Shown: piece by piece, positions 8,581-15,805 of the stretch
Layout: every line of letters begins with the position of its first letter
How positions within the stretch are numbered: the stretch's first letter is position 1
Source of the DNA: Sinorhizobium meliloti
Lineage (GTDB): Bacteria; Pseudomonadota; Alphaproteobacteria; Rhizobiales; Rhizobiaceae
Reading direction: 5' to 3'
Length of the DNA stretch: 32,000 nucleotides
Assembly: GCF_017876815.1 (NCBI RefSeq)
Contig: NZ_JAGIOS010000001.1
Coordinates: 2,400,001-2,432,000 of the forward strand
The notes under the pieces: generated by a model
The model's database searches: none
Told to the model about the DNA's origin: nothing
The model's input: the letters and a program-made list of their open reading frames with translations, nothing else
Made by a program: the position numbers and the translations under genes

Positions 8581-8820
8581 CCGAAACTTCTAATATGAAA
8601 TTATTCTATACCTAACAAGTCAAGATTTTACGTAGATCGTGCGAATTATCGCGTGACAAAACCAAAATGATATGCGTTAGTGATTCTAGATAGAAGGTTA
8701 TGTCCATATAAGTTCACAATAGTACTGATAAAATTCTAAACAACTACTGTATAATACTATAAACATTACTAAATATTGGAATATAATTTCAAATATAAAT
8801 TATAATAATTCCATCTAAAG
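8581..8820. other. Strongly AT-rich divergent intergenic block (about 27% GC)
   Basis: My hand count over 8581-8820 is 64 G+C in 240 nt; the last 60 nt contain 9 G+C. It holds many TATAAT-like strings and a TTCTA-GA-TAGAA inverted repeat at 8684-8695. It lies between the receptor pseudogene start (8546, minus strand) and clpP (8960, plus strand). Confidence 0.9.
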
Positions 8821-8959
8821 ATGCGAATTCCTGGATTCGGGTTGTTGGAGATCAGGCGAGCCGTTGCAACGTATCGTCACGGCGCGGCGGTGGTTCGCAT
8901 TGTTTTCGCCGTCGAGTCGCATTATCTGGTTGGAAGACATTTCATGAGGAGTCCGAAGA

Positions 8960-9547
8960 ATGCGGAACGACGACGACCAGGAAGAAAAGAAGACCGAATT
9001 GCCGCTCGGCAAGGAGACGGAGGCGAACCTTTTCAAGTCGCGTTCGATTTTCATTTACGGAACGATCACCCAGGAATTGGCGCAGAAGGTCTGCTCGCAG
9101 CTCGTGGCGCTCGCCGCGGCCAGCGACGACGATATCCGCCTATTCGTCAACTCGCCGGGCGGCCATGTCGAATCCGGCGACAGCATCCACGACATGATCA
9201 AGTTCGTGAAGCCGAAGGTCTGGACCATCGGCACAGGCTGGGTCGCGTCCGCCGGCGCGCTCATCTATGTCGCCGCGCCGAAGGAGCAGCGCCTGTGCCT
9301 GCCGAACACCCGCTTCCTGTTGCACCAACCCTCGGGCGGCACGCGCGGCATGGCTTCCGACATCGAGATCCAGGCGCGCGAGATCATCAAGATGAACGAG
9401 CGTCTGAACCGGATCTTCTCCGAAGCGACCGGACAGCCGGTCGACAAGATCGCCAAGGACACGGATCGCGATTACTGGCTCGGTGCGGAAGAGGCGAAGG
9501 CCTACGGTCTCGTTTCGCGCATCGTCACCTCCATCGCGGAGATTTAG
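8960..9547 (+). CDS. clpP: ATP-dependent Clp protease proteolytic subunit (orphan paralog, no adjacent clpX)
   Basis: Catalytic triad contexts [10 protein letters not shown] (Ser), LLHQPSGG (His) and DTDRDYWL (Asp). GAGGAG Shine-Dalgarno at 8946-8951. Charged N-terminal extension [13 protein letters not shown]. Confidence 0.92.
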   Translation: MRNDDDQEEKKTELPLGKETEANLFKSRSIFIYGTITQELAQKVCSQLVALAAASDDDIRLFVNSPGGHVESGDSIHDMIKFVKPKVWTIGTGWVASAGALIYVAAPKEQRLCLPNTRFLLHQPSGGTRGMASDIEIQAREIIKMNERLNRIFSEATGQPVDKIAKDTDRDYWLGAEEAKAYGLVSRIVTSIAEI

Positions 9548-9567
9548 TCCGGGCGGCAAGGGGCGGC

Positions 9568-9690
9568 CGCTCATCCGCCTGCCTGCACCTTCTCCCCGCA
9601 AGCGGGGCGAGGGGAGCGGCGGCGCCGCCTCAGTCCCCTTTCCCCGCGCGGGGAAAGGGGCTAGTCCTCGGTTCAAACCCGAGGAGAGGG
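9568..9690. repeat. Cluster of GC-rich palindromic intergenic elements (rhizobial REP/RIME-like)
   Basis: CTCATCCGCCTGCCTGCACCTTCTCCCCGCAAGCGGGGCGAGGGGA resembles the common rhizobial ...TTCTCCCCGCAAGCGGGGAGAAGG repeat. A perfect 26-bp palindrome CCCCTTTCCCCGCGCGGGGAAAGGGG lies at 9635-9660. A hairpin TCCTCGG-ttcaaac-CCGAGGA lies at 9665-9685. Confidence 0.6.
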
Positions 9691-9731
9691 CACTCTTGCT
9701 CCGCTTTACCAAGCCGTGTATAGGCTTTTCC

Positions 9732-9857
9732 ATGACTCAGGCTGACGCACACAAGATCGCAGCGATCTCTTCCGGACACGATGCCAATCGTGCTCCTGCG
9801 CGCGCCACCGCATCCCTTCTTCTTCTCGGCCTTATCCGCGGTTGCCGGGTTCGCTGA
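9732..9857 (+). CDS. Candidate leucine leader peptide (41 aa) upstream of leuA
   Basis: MTQADAHKIAAISSGHDANRAPARATASLLLLGLIRGCRVR. Four consecutive Leu codons plus a fifth lie at 9816-9833, near the C-terminus. It is followed by mutually exclusive pairings: GCCGGG 9844-9849 with CCCGGC 9864-9869, versus a long hairpin at 9856-9900. The GLLLL...IVRG pattern resembles enterobacterial leuL. Confidence 0.45.
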   Translation: MTQADAHKIAAISSGHDANRAPARATASLLLLGLIRGCRVR

Positions 9858-10018
9858 GGAGCGCCCGGCGGCCGAAAAGCCTTGCCGGCACCTGCTCCTC
9901 GAAATCCAGAAAAGCTGAACCAAATCGCGCGGCCCCCGCGGCATCGCCATCGCAATGTCCCGAATGATCGGCTATTGCATGCGGCAGGCTACGCTCAAGT
10001 GACGAAGAGAAGCTGCAC

Positions 10019-11728
10019 ATGATTTTGAAATCACATTCCATCAAGACCGGCATGCCCGAGGCGGCTGTGAAATATCAGCCCTATCCGCAGATCGTGCTGC
10101 CGGATCGCACGTGGCCGTCAAAGGCGATCACCGAGGCGCCTATCTGGTGTTCCGTGGATCTGCGCGACGGCAACCAGGCGCTCGTCGATCCGATGGGTCA
10201 CGACCGGAAGGCGCGCATGTTCCACCTCCTCCTGGACATGGGCTTCAAGGAGATCGAGATCGGCTTCCCGTCCGCGTCGCAGACGGATTACGATTTCGCC
10301 CGCTGGTGCGTCGAGGAAGGCAACGTTTCCGAAGACGTGTCCCTGCAGGTGCTGGTCCAGTGCCGGCCGGAATTGATCGCGCGGACCTTCGAGGCGCTTG
10401 AAGGTGCGCACCGGCCGATCGTACATTTCTACAATTCGACGAGCGAGCTGCAGCGCCGCGTCGTCTTCGGCAAGGACGTGGCCGGCATCAAGCAGATCGC
10501 GACTGACGCCGCCAAGATGATCACCGACATGGCCGCGAAAGCGGGCGGCGGTTATCGCTTCGAATACTCGCCGGAAAGCTTCACCGGCACCGAACTCGAA
10601 GTGGCATTGGAGATTTGCAACGCCGTGATCGAGATCGTACGGCCGACGGCGGACAACAAGCTCATCATCAACCTGCCCTCGACCGTGGAGATGGCGACGC
10701 CGAACATCTATGCCGACCAGATCGAATGGATGTGCCGCAATCTCGATAATCGCGAGAACCTGATCGTCTCGCTGCATCCGCACAACGATCGCGGCACCGG
10801 CATTGCCGCCACCGAGCTGGGGCTGATGGCGGGCGCCGACCGTGTCGAGGGGACGCTCTTCGGCAATGGCGAGCGCACCGGCAACGTCGATGTGGTGACG
10901 CTGGCGCTCAACATGTTCACGCAGGGCGTCGATCCCAAGCTCGACTGCTCGGACATCGAGCGGATCAAGGAAGTCTACGAATATTCCAACCAGATGGTCA
11001 TTCCGGAACGCCACCCCTATGTAGGCGAACTGGTCTACACGGCCTTCTCCGGCTCGCATCAGGATGCCATCAACAAGGGCATGAAGGCGATCAAACAGGC
11101 GAACAAGCCGACCTGGGAGGTACCCTATCTGCCGATCGATCCGCGCGATGTCGGACGCAGCTACGAAGCGATCATCCGCATCAACTCGCAATCGGGCAAG
11201 GGCGGCATCGCCTATATCCTGCAGGAGGACTACGGTATCAATCTGCCGCGCAATCTGCAGATCGAGTTCCGTGAGGAAGTCCAGCGCATTACCGACGAGG
11301 AAGGCAAGGAGCTGCCCTCGAAGCGCATCCATCAGCGCTTCATCGAAAGCTATGTCGAGCAGCCGGGCGCGCGCATCAAGTTCGTCGACCATCACACCTA
11401 CCCGGCAGGCGAGCACAAGGGCCTGCGCGTCGTTGCCGCCGAAATCACGGATGGCGGCGAGACCAGGCAGATCGAGGGCAAGGGCACGGGCCCGATCGAC
11501 GGCTTCATCAATGCGCTGTCGATCTATCTCGGCATCGAACTCTCGGTGGCGGATTACTCCGAGCATTCGCTGCAGCATGGTTCGAACGCCGCTGCGATCG
11601 CCTATGTCGAGGTCGAGTATCCGGGCGGCAAGCTCTTCGGCGTCGGTATCAACACCAATATCGTGGCCGCCTCACTGGAGGCGATCGTCTCGGCTGCCAA
11701 CCGCGTGCTGGACGTGGTGGGGAAGTGA
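10019..11728 (+). CDS. leuA: 2-isopropylmalate synthase (long, actinobacterial-type LeuA)
   Basis: WCSVDLRDGNQAL and HPHNDRGTG motifs of the HMGL-like catalytic domain, plus the C-terminal LeuA regulatory domain. An alternative start is ATG 10052 (MPEAAVKY...). Confidence 0.95.
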   Translation: MILKSHSIKTGMPEAAVKYQPYPQIVLPDRTWPSKAITEAPIWCSVDLRDGNQALVDPMGHDRKARMFHLLLDMGFKEIEIGFPSASQTDYDFARWCVEEGNVSEDVSLQVLVQCRPELIARTFEALEGAHRPIVHFYNSTSELQRRVVFGKDVAGIKQIATDAAKMITDMAAKAGGGYRFEYSPESFTGTELEVALEICNAVIEIVRPTADNKLIINLPSTVEMATPNIYADQIEWMCRNLDNRENLIVSLHPHNDRGTGIAATELGLMAGADRVEGTLFGNGERTGNVDVVTLALNMFTQGVDPKLDCSDIERIKEVYEYSNQMVIPERHPYVGELVYTAFSGSHQDAINKGMKAIKQANKPTWEVPYLPIDPRDVGRSYEAIIRINSQSGKGGIAYILQEDYGINLPRNLQIEFREEVQRITDEEGKELPSKRIHQRFIESYVEQPGARIKFVDHHTYPAGEHKGLRVVAAEITDGGETRQIEGKGTGPIDGFINALSIYLGIELSVADYSEHSLQHGSNAAAIAYVEVEYPGGKLFGVGINTNIVAASLEAIVSAANRVLDVVGK

Positions 11729-11761
11729 CGCACTTGTCCTCGTGATGGCCCCTTGCCCTGA

Positions 11762-11788
11762 CCCTCTCTCCGCGTGCGGGGAGAGGGG
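11762..11788. repeat. GC-rich palindromic element / likely leuA terminator hairpin
   Basis: CCCTCTCTCCGC-gt-GCGGGGAGAGGGG is an imperfect palindrome of the same CTCCCCGC/GCGGGGAG family as the elements at 9590-9660. It lies 34 nt after the leuA stop. Confidence 0.5.
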
Positions 11789-11838
11789 GAACGCCCATTG
11801 AACTTGATTTCTATAGGTGGGCTATCCGTTTCGGTATA

Positions 11839-11866
11839 TAAGGATATCCGCGAAAGGATATCCTTA
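11839..11866 (+). promoter_or_regulatory. Candidate vapBC operator: two copies of the palindrome GGATATCC
   Basis: TAAGGATATCC-gcgaaa-GGATATCCTTA. GGATATCC occurs at 11842-11849 and 11856-11863 (14 bp centre to centre). The second copy overlaps the AAGGA ribosome-binding site and abuts the vapB ATG (11866). A TATATA -10-like string lies just upstream. Confidence 0.5.
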
Positions 11867-12117
11867 TGGCTCTCTACATCAAAGATCCCACCGTGGACCG
11901 AATGGCGGAAAAACTTCAAGAACGCCTAGGTGTCCGCACCAAGACAGATGCTGTCCGCATTGCTCTGCAACACGAACTGGATCGTGTGGAAGACGAAATT
12001 CCGCTGCGCGAAAAGCTGGCCGCCTTGCGGCAACAGGCGCGCGACCGGCTAGGCCCGCCTGTTCACGGGATCGATATGAAAAAGCTTATGGATGAGCTTT
12101 GGGAGGAGGGCGAGTGA
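11866..12117 (+). CDS. vapB: Type II antitoxin, VapB family (Rv0623-like / PSK transcription factor fold)
   Basis: MALYIKDPTVDRMAEKLQERLGVRTKTDAVRIALQHEL... follows the MAL-IK-P-DR-A--L pattern of Rv0623-type VapB antitoxins. It overlaps the downstream PIN gene by 4 nt. Confidence 0.85.
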   Translation: MALYIKDPTVDRMAEKLQERLGVRTKTDAVRIALQHELDRVEDEIPLREKLAALRQQARDRLGPPVHGIDMKKLMDELWEEGE

Positions 12118-12542
12118 GCTTCGTCGACGCCTCCGTCATCGTTGCGATATTGAACGAGGAACCCGGCTTTGAGGAATTGGAAAAGCGCCTGAGCGACGCG
12201 GACGGGAAGCTCTGCGTTTCGCCGCTCGTGCGTTTCGAGGCGGTCGCCGCACTCACGAGACTGCGCATCATCGCCACGAAGGGCAAAGCAGATCGCAGCG
12301 ATTTGATTGGCGAAGCCCGTGAGTTGGTCGACAGCTTCATTCAGGCACTCAGTGCGAGCGAGGTCACGATCGATTCCCACACGGGCGTTCGCGCCCTCGA
12401 TGCGATGGCCCGCTACGGGAAAGTCGCGGGCCACCCGGCGGCCCTAAATCTCGGTGATTGTTTCGCCTATGCGGCCGCGAAGGAGTCTGGGCTGACCCTG
12501 ATCTACAAGGGGAATGATTTCTCGCAAACCGACCTGGGTTAG
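12114..12542 (+). CDS. vapC: PIN-domain ribonuclease toxin VapC
   Basis: A GTG start at 12114 (GTGA overlap with the vapB stop) gives (M)SFVDASVIVAIL..., a typical VapC N-terminus. Acidic PIN residues are present (FVDAS, NEEPG, LGDCFAYAAA). The track start at 12099 is probably too long. Confidence 0.88.
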   Translation: MSFVDASVIVAILNEEPGFEELEKRLSDADGKLCVSPLVRFEAVAALTRLRIIATKGKADRSDLIGEARELVDSFIQALSASEVTIDSHTGVRALDAMARYGKVAGHPAALNLGDCFAYAAAKESGLTLIYKGNDFSQTDLG

Positions 12543-12664
12543 AGCACTTGCGCCTTTCTCCGAAAAGCGGAAATGCTTCCAACATTGACTCATATGCGAT
12601 AGCCCTGCCTCCTATGGGCAGAAGGTCGCGGCGGCTCGGGGCAGTTCCTCGGTGTTGATCAGTC

Positions 12665-13492
12665 TCAAATATTCGCCGCCACCGTTTCGGCAAGGTCCTG
12701 CAGAGCGGGATCGGATGACGGTCCGATCATCACGAATGAGACGCCTTCCCGTTCCCAGGAGACCAAGCCGAGGTCGCCGCGGATGGTCTCGCTGAATTCG
12801 TCGGATTGCTGTCCATCGCCTTGCTTGAGAAAGCAGATGGTGAAAACTTCTGCCTCGCGGTCACGATAGACGAGCTGGGCGACCGGTCTTCCGTTGGCGG
12901 CGAGGAGCCTCGCGCCTTCGAAGGACAATCCCTTGCGGTCGAGGTTGGGGACAGTGAAGCTCACGCCGACGCTTGCGGCAAGCCAGGTCTCGATCTCTGC
13001 CGCCTGCGTTCCCGGCACCTCGACCAGATACTCCTTCTGGCGCGAAAAGATGCGGTGAGATCCGACGATATCGTCGATCCAGGGGCGGTCATCGGCCTGG
13101 TTCATCGGCTCGGCGAAATCCGTGGCGCTGCCGAGAATGAAGCCGGCGGCTCCGCCGAGCAGGAAAAGGGCGGTGGAAGCGGCGAGGATGCGCGGCCAGA
13201 TGCGGGCGCTTCGCCTTGGAAGACTGGCCGTCGTTACCCGCTCCGACTTCGGGTTGATGCCGGGGCCTTGCTTTATCTGGCGTACCAGCGCCAGCGGCAC
13301 CGGATCATGGAGGAAGTTTTCGAAAGCCCCGTTGCCGAAGGCGCTGCCCGACTTGAGCTTTTCGAGCAATGCCCTTGCCTCGTCGTCGCGTGCGAGAAGA
13401 GCGTCAAGTTCGGATTTTTCGCTTTCTGCGAGTTCGCCGTCGATATAGGCGGACAACCGCACCTCGAGCGCTAGCCCCTTCGTTTGCAGCAA
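12665..13492 (-). CDS. Membrane-spanning anti-sigma factor (non-zinc type)
   Basis: N-terminal anti-sigma signature LSAYIDGELAESE with no His/Cys zinc motif. Single TM helix ILAASTALFLLGGAAGFILG and a periplasmic C-terminal domain. The start is TTG at 13492, preceded by a perfect AAGGAGG that lies inside the last codons of the sigma gene. Confidence 0.8.
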   Translation of the reverse strand: MLQTKGLALEVRLSAYIDGELAESEKSELDALLARDDEARALLEKLKSGSAFGNGAFENFLHDPVPLALVRQIKQGPGINPKSERVTTASLPRRSARIWPRILAASTALFLLGGAAGFILGSATDFAEPMNQADDRPWIDDIVGSHRIFSRQKEYLVEVPGTQAAEIETWLAASVGVSFTVPNLDRKGLSFEGARLLAANGRPVAQLVYRDREAEVFTICFLKQGDGQQSDEFSETIRGDLGLVSWEREGVSFVMIGPSSDPALQDLAETVAANI

Positions 13493-13495
13493 CGG

Positions 13496-14011
13496 TCAGG
13501 CCCTCCTTTCCGTATTTTCGGACAACATGGCTGCGAGCCTGAGCCGCGCCGTCGACAGTCTGCTCATGACCGTACCGACCGGGATGCCGAGGATCTCCGC
13601 CGTTTCCCGATAGCTGTGGCCTTCGACATTGACGAGGAGGAAGACGCTTGCCAGTCCCTCCGACATGGACAGGATCATCTTCTGCACCTGATTGGCATAG
13701 GCGGCCTTTTCGGCCGTTGCTTCGACGTGCGGTTCGTCCCGCTCGAAAACGTCGACCGCACCGGCGCTGCGCACCTTGCGCTTGCGGATTTCGTCCACCC
13801 AGAGATTGCGGGTCATCGCATAGACCCAGCTTTCCAGCCGGCCCTCGCCGTTCCAAAGGTGACTGCGCGCGATTGCCCGCTCGCAAACTTCCTGGACAAG
13901 ATCGTCGGCGTCATTGGCATTGCGGGCCAGCGTGATCGCGAAGCGGCGCAGTTTGGGCAGCAGGCTGACCAAATCCCGTCTGAAATCCTTCATTTCTGCC
14001 GCTGGGCGCAT
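13496..14011 (-). CDS. ECF (group IV sigma-70) RNA polymerase sigma factor
   Basis: Region 2 (DADDLVQEVCERAI, WVYAMTRNLWVDEIRKRK) and region 4 (SYRETAEILGIPVGTVMSRLSTARLRL). The start is uncertain: ATG 14011 (MRPAAEMKDF) or ATG 13993 (MKDF). The track start at 14143 is too far upstream. Confidence 0.9.
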   Translation of the reverse strand: MRPAAEMKDFRRDLVSLLPKLRRFAITLARNANDADDLVQEVCERAIARSHLWNGEGRLESWVYAMTRNLWVDEIRKRKVRSAGAVDVFERDEPHVEATAEKAAYANQVQKMILSMSEGLASVFLLVNVEGHSYRETAEILGIPVGTVMSRLSTARLRLAAMLSENTERRA

Positions 14012-14204
14012 TGCTCTTCCAGTGAAACGTGCCGGATCGCGCGTCCATTCGCCATCCGGACGCACCATCAATGATATGGAACATTTGGTCCTAAGTCTGC
14101 AAGGGAAGAGCCGGAACGGAAAGAGGTTTTTGCGCCCCGGCAACGGTTTTCCCCACGGCGCCGCGCGTCCTTGAATCGGCCGGGATCGAAAGGCTTCCGG
14201 CGCT

Positions 14205-15107
14205 TCAGAAATACGTCGTTTCGGCGAGCACCACGCCGGTCGCGTCCGGGTTGATCGCGTAGCGCTCCCGGGTCAACCGCCAGTCTCCGGGCTCGCCGTC
14301 GACGGAAAAGAGATTATAGGCGGCGACGGGCTTGCTGCCGCCGGGACCCTGCGAGGCGGATGCGATGCCGACGACCGGCACCGGCCCCGTATGCCCCTTG
14401 AGCCAGTGGAGCGTATTGAGATGCGTGTGGCCGTGCAGAACCAGCTCGGCCCCGCCCGCGGAGATGGTGGCAGCGAAACGGCGGATGCCGATCATGCGCT
14501 TGTGCATCGAGGTCGCGCCGCGGATCGGCGGGTGATGGATCATGACGATGCGGAACAATCCGGCTTCGCCGGCCTGGCGAAGGAGGTTGACCGTCGCGCG
14601 TGCCTGTCGCGGCCCGAAATAGCCGCTGGCGGCGAAAGGGGGAGTGGCCACAGCCGTCGAGCAGCCGATCAGCGCCACCTTGCCGCGCACCCGCATATAG
14701 GGAAAGCAGGCATGCTTCTTCATCCAGCCGCTGGGGCCGTCATCGCCACGCATGAAGGGATACCATGCATGCGTGATCTTCTCGTATGCGCCGGGCACAT
14801 AGGCGTCGTGGTTGCCCGGCACGACCGAGATTTCATTGGGGTCGCCCGCTTCCGCAAGCCATTCGGTAACCGCCTCGATCTCCAGGGAAGAGGCGAGATT
14901 GACGAGATCTCCGGTAATCGCCAGGTGATCCGGATTGCGCACCTCGATGTCCTTCATCAGGCAGTCGAGCGTCCCGGGAAAGAGGTGGCGCACCCTGTTC
15001 CTGTGCCAGTTGACGAATCCGGTGATCCGCTTGGAGGCGAGTTCGCGGAGGGAGAGATCGGGCAACGGCCCCAGGTGGACATCGGATATATGCGCAAGTT
15101 TGAACAT
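14205..15107 (-). CDS. Calcineurin-like metallophosphoesterase
   Basis: Ordered motifs ISDVHLG, ITGDLVN, GNHDAY, MIHHPP and HGHTH. Confidence 0.9.
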   Translation of the reverse strand: MFKLAHISDVHLGPLPDLSLRELASKRITGFVNWHRNRVRHLFPGTLDCLMKDIEVRNPDHLAITGDLVNLASSLEIEAVTEWLAEAGDPNEISVVPGNHDAYVPGAYEKITHAWYPFMRGDDGPSGWMKKHACFPYMRVRGKVALIGCSTAVATPPFAASGYFGPRQARATVNLLRQAGEAGLFRIVMIHHPPIRGATSMHKRMIGIRRFAATISAGGAELVLHGHTHLNTLHWLKGHTGPVPVVGIASASQGPGGSKPVAAYNLFSVDGEPGDWRLTRERYAINPDATGVVLAETTYF

Positions 15108-15189
15108 TGATCCCGTCTAGCGCATATTCCCGTGAAGGGGAATCAGTAATGGACTATTCCCGGACACCGCGAATGTGAGGAGAAGGCGT

Positions 15190-15681
15190 ATGGACGAGAG
15201 CCGCGGGCCGGAGATGCCCTCCTGGCGGCTCCGCTTTCTGACGCGGTTTGCCCATGTTTATTTCGCCCTGGCGCGCGGCATGACGCTCGGCGTGCGGGCT
15301 GCCTGTTTCGACGATGAGGGGCGGGTCTTTCTCGTAAGGCATTCCTATCTGCCGGGCTGGCATCTTCCCGGCGGCGGACTCGACCGCAACGAGACGGCGG
15401 TGGAGGGCCTTGCCCGCGAGCTGAGGGAGGAGGGCAACCTCGTGCTGACGACGGCACCGCTGCTCTTTCAGGTCTACTACAACCGGCGCACCAGCAAACG
15501 CGATCACGTCATCTTCTTCCGCTGCGATAATGTCCGCCAGGAGCGGCCGAAGCGTGCGGATCTCGAAATCGCCGCGGCGGGCTTCTTTCCGCTCGAGGAC
15601 CTTCCGGCGGACACGACCCCTGCGACCCGGCGCCGGCTGGCGGAGCTTGCAGGAGACGTAGTGCCGGACAGGTTCTGGTAA
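15190..15681 (+). CDS. NUDIX hydrolase
   Basis: Nudix box PGGGLDRNETAVEGLARELREEGNL. I prefer ATG 15190 (GAGGAG at 15177-15182) to the GTG at 15175. Confidence 0.88.
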   Translation: MDESRGPEMPSWRLRFLTRFAHVYFALARGMTLGVRAACFDDEGRVFLVRHSYLPGWHLPGGGLDRNETAVEGLARELREEGNLVLTTAPLLFQVYYNRRTSKRDHVIFFRCDNVRQERPKRADLEIAAAGFFPLEDLPADTTPATRRRLAELAGDVVPDRFW

Positions 15682-15805
15682 CGGCCGCATATCCCCTGAC
15701 GAGGAATGTCGCCGGCTTCAGCGCAAGCTTGAGCAGGCGGCGGGTGTGGAAACCGCCGGCTGTTGGAGTGACTTCCGGTTTGTAAATGGATTACCGCAGA
15801 TGCCA

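Noticed and set aside
8575-8820. Iron-regulator boxes (RirA-type TGA-N9-TCA, Irr-type TTTAGAA-N3-TTCTAAA) in the AT-rich region upstream of the receptor.
   Set aside because: I checked every TGA and TCA in the block by eye. None has the partner half-site at the required spacing. Only isolated TTCTA/TAGAA half-sites are present, so I make no claim.
8821-9733. 300-aa plus-strand and 197-aa minus-strand ORFs overlapping clpP and the repeat cluster.
   Set aside because: Their sequences are Arg/Pro/Gly-rich and low complexity. They overlap the clearly motif-bearing clpP frame and the palindromic repeats, which read open in several frames.
9856-9900. Calling the hairpin after the Leu-run ORF an intrinsic terminator.
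   Set aside because: The stem is followed by GAAATCCAGAAAAGC, not a U tract. I keep it only as a possible regulatory structure.
10118-11578. 486-aa minus-strand ORF opposite leuA.
   Set aside because: It has no motifs and lies antisense to a gene with unambiguous LeuA signatures.
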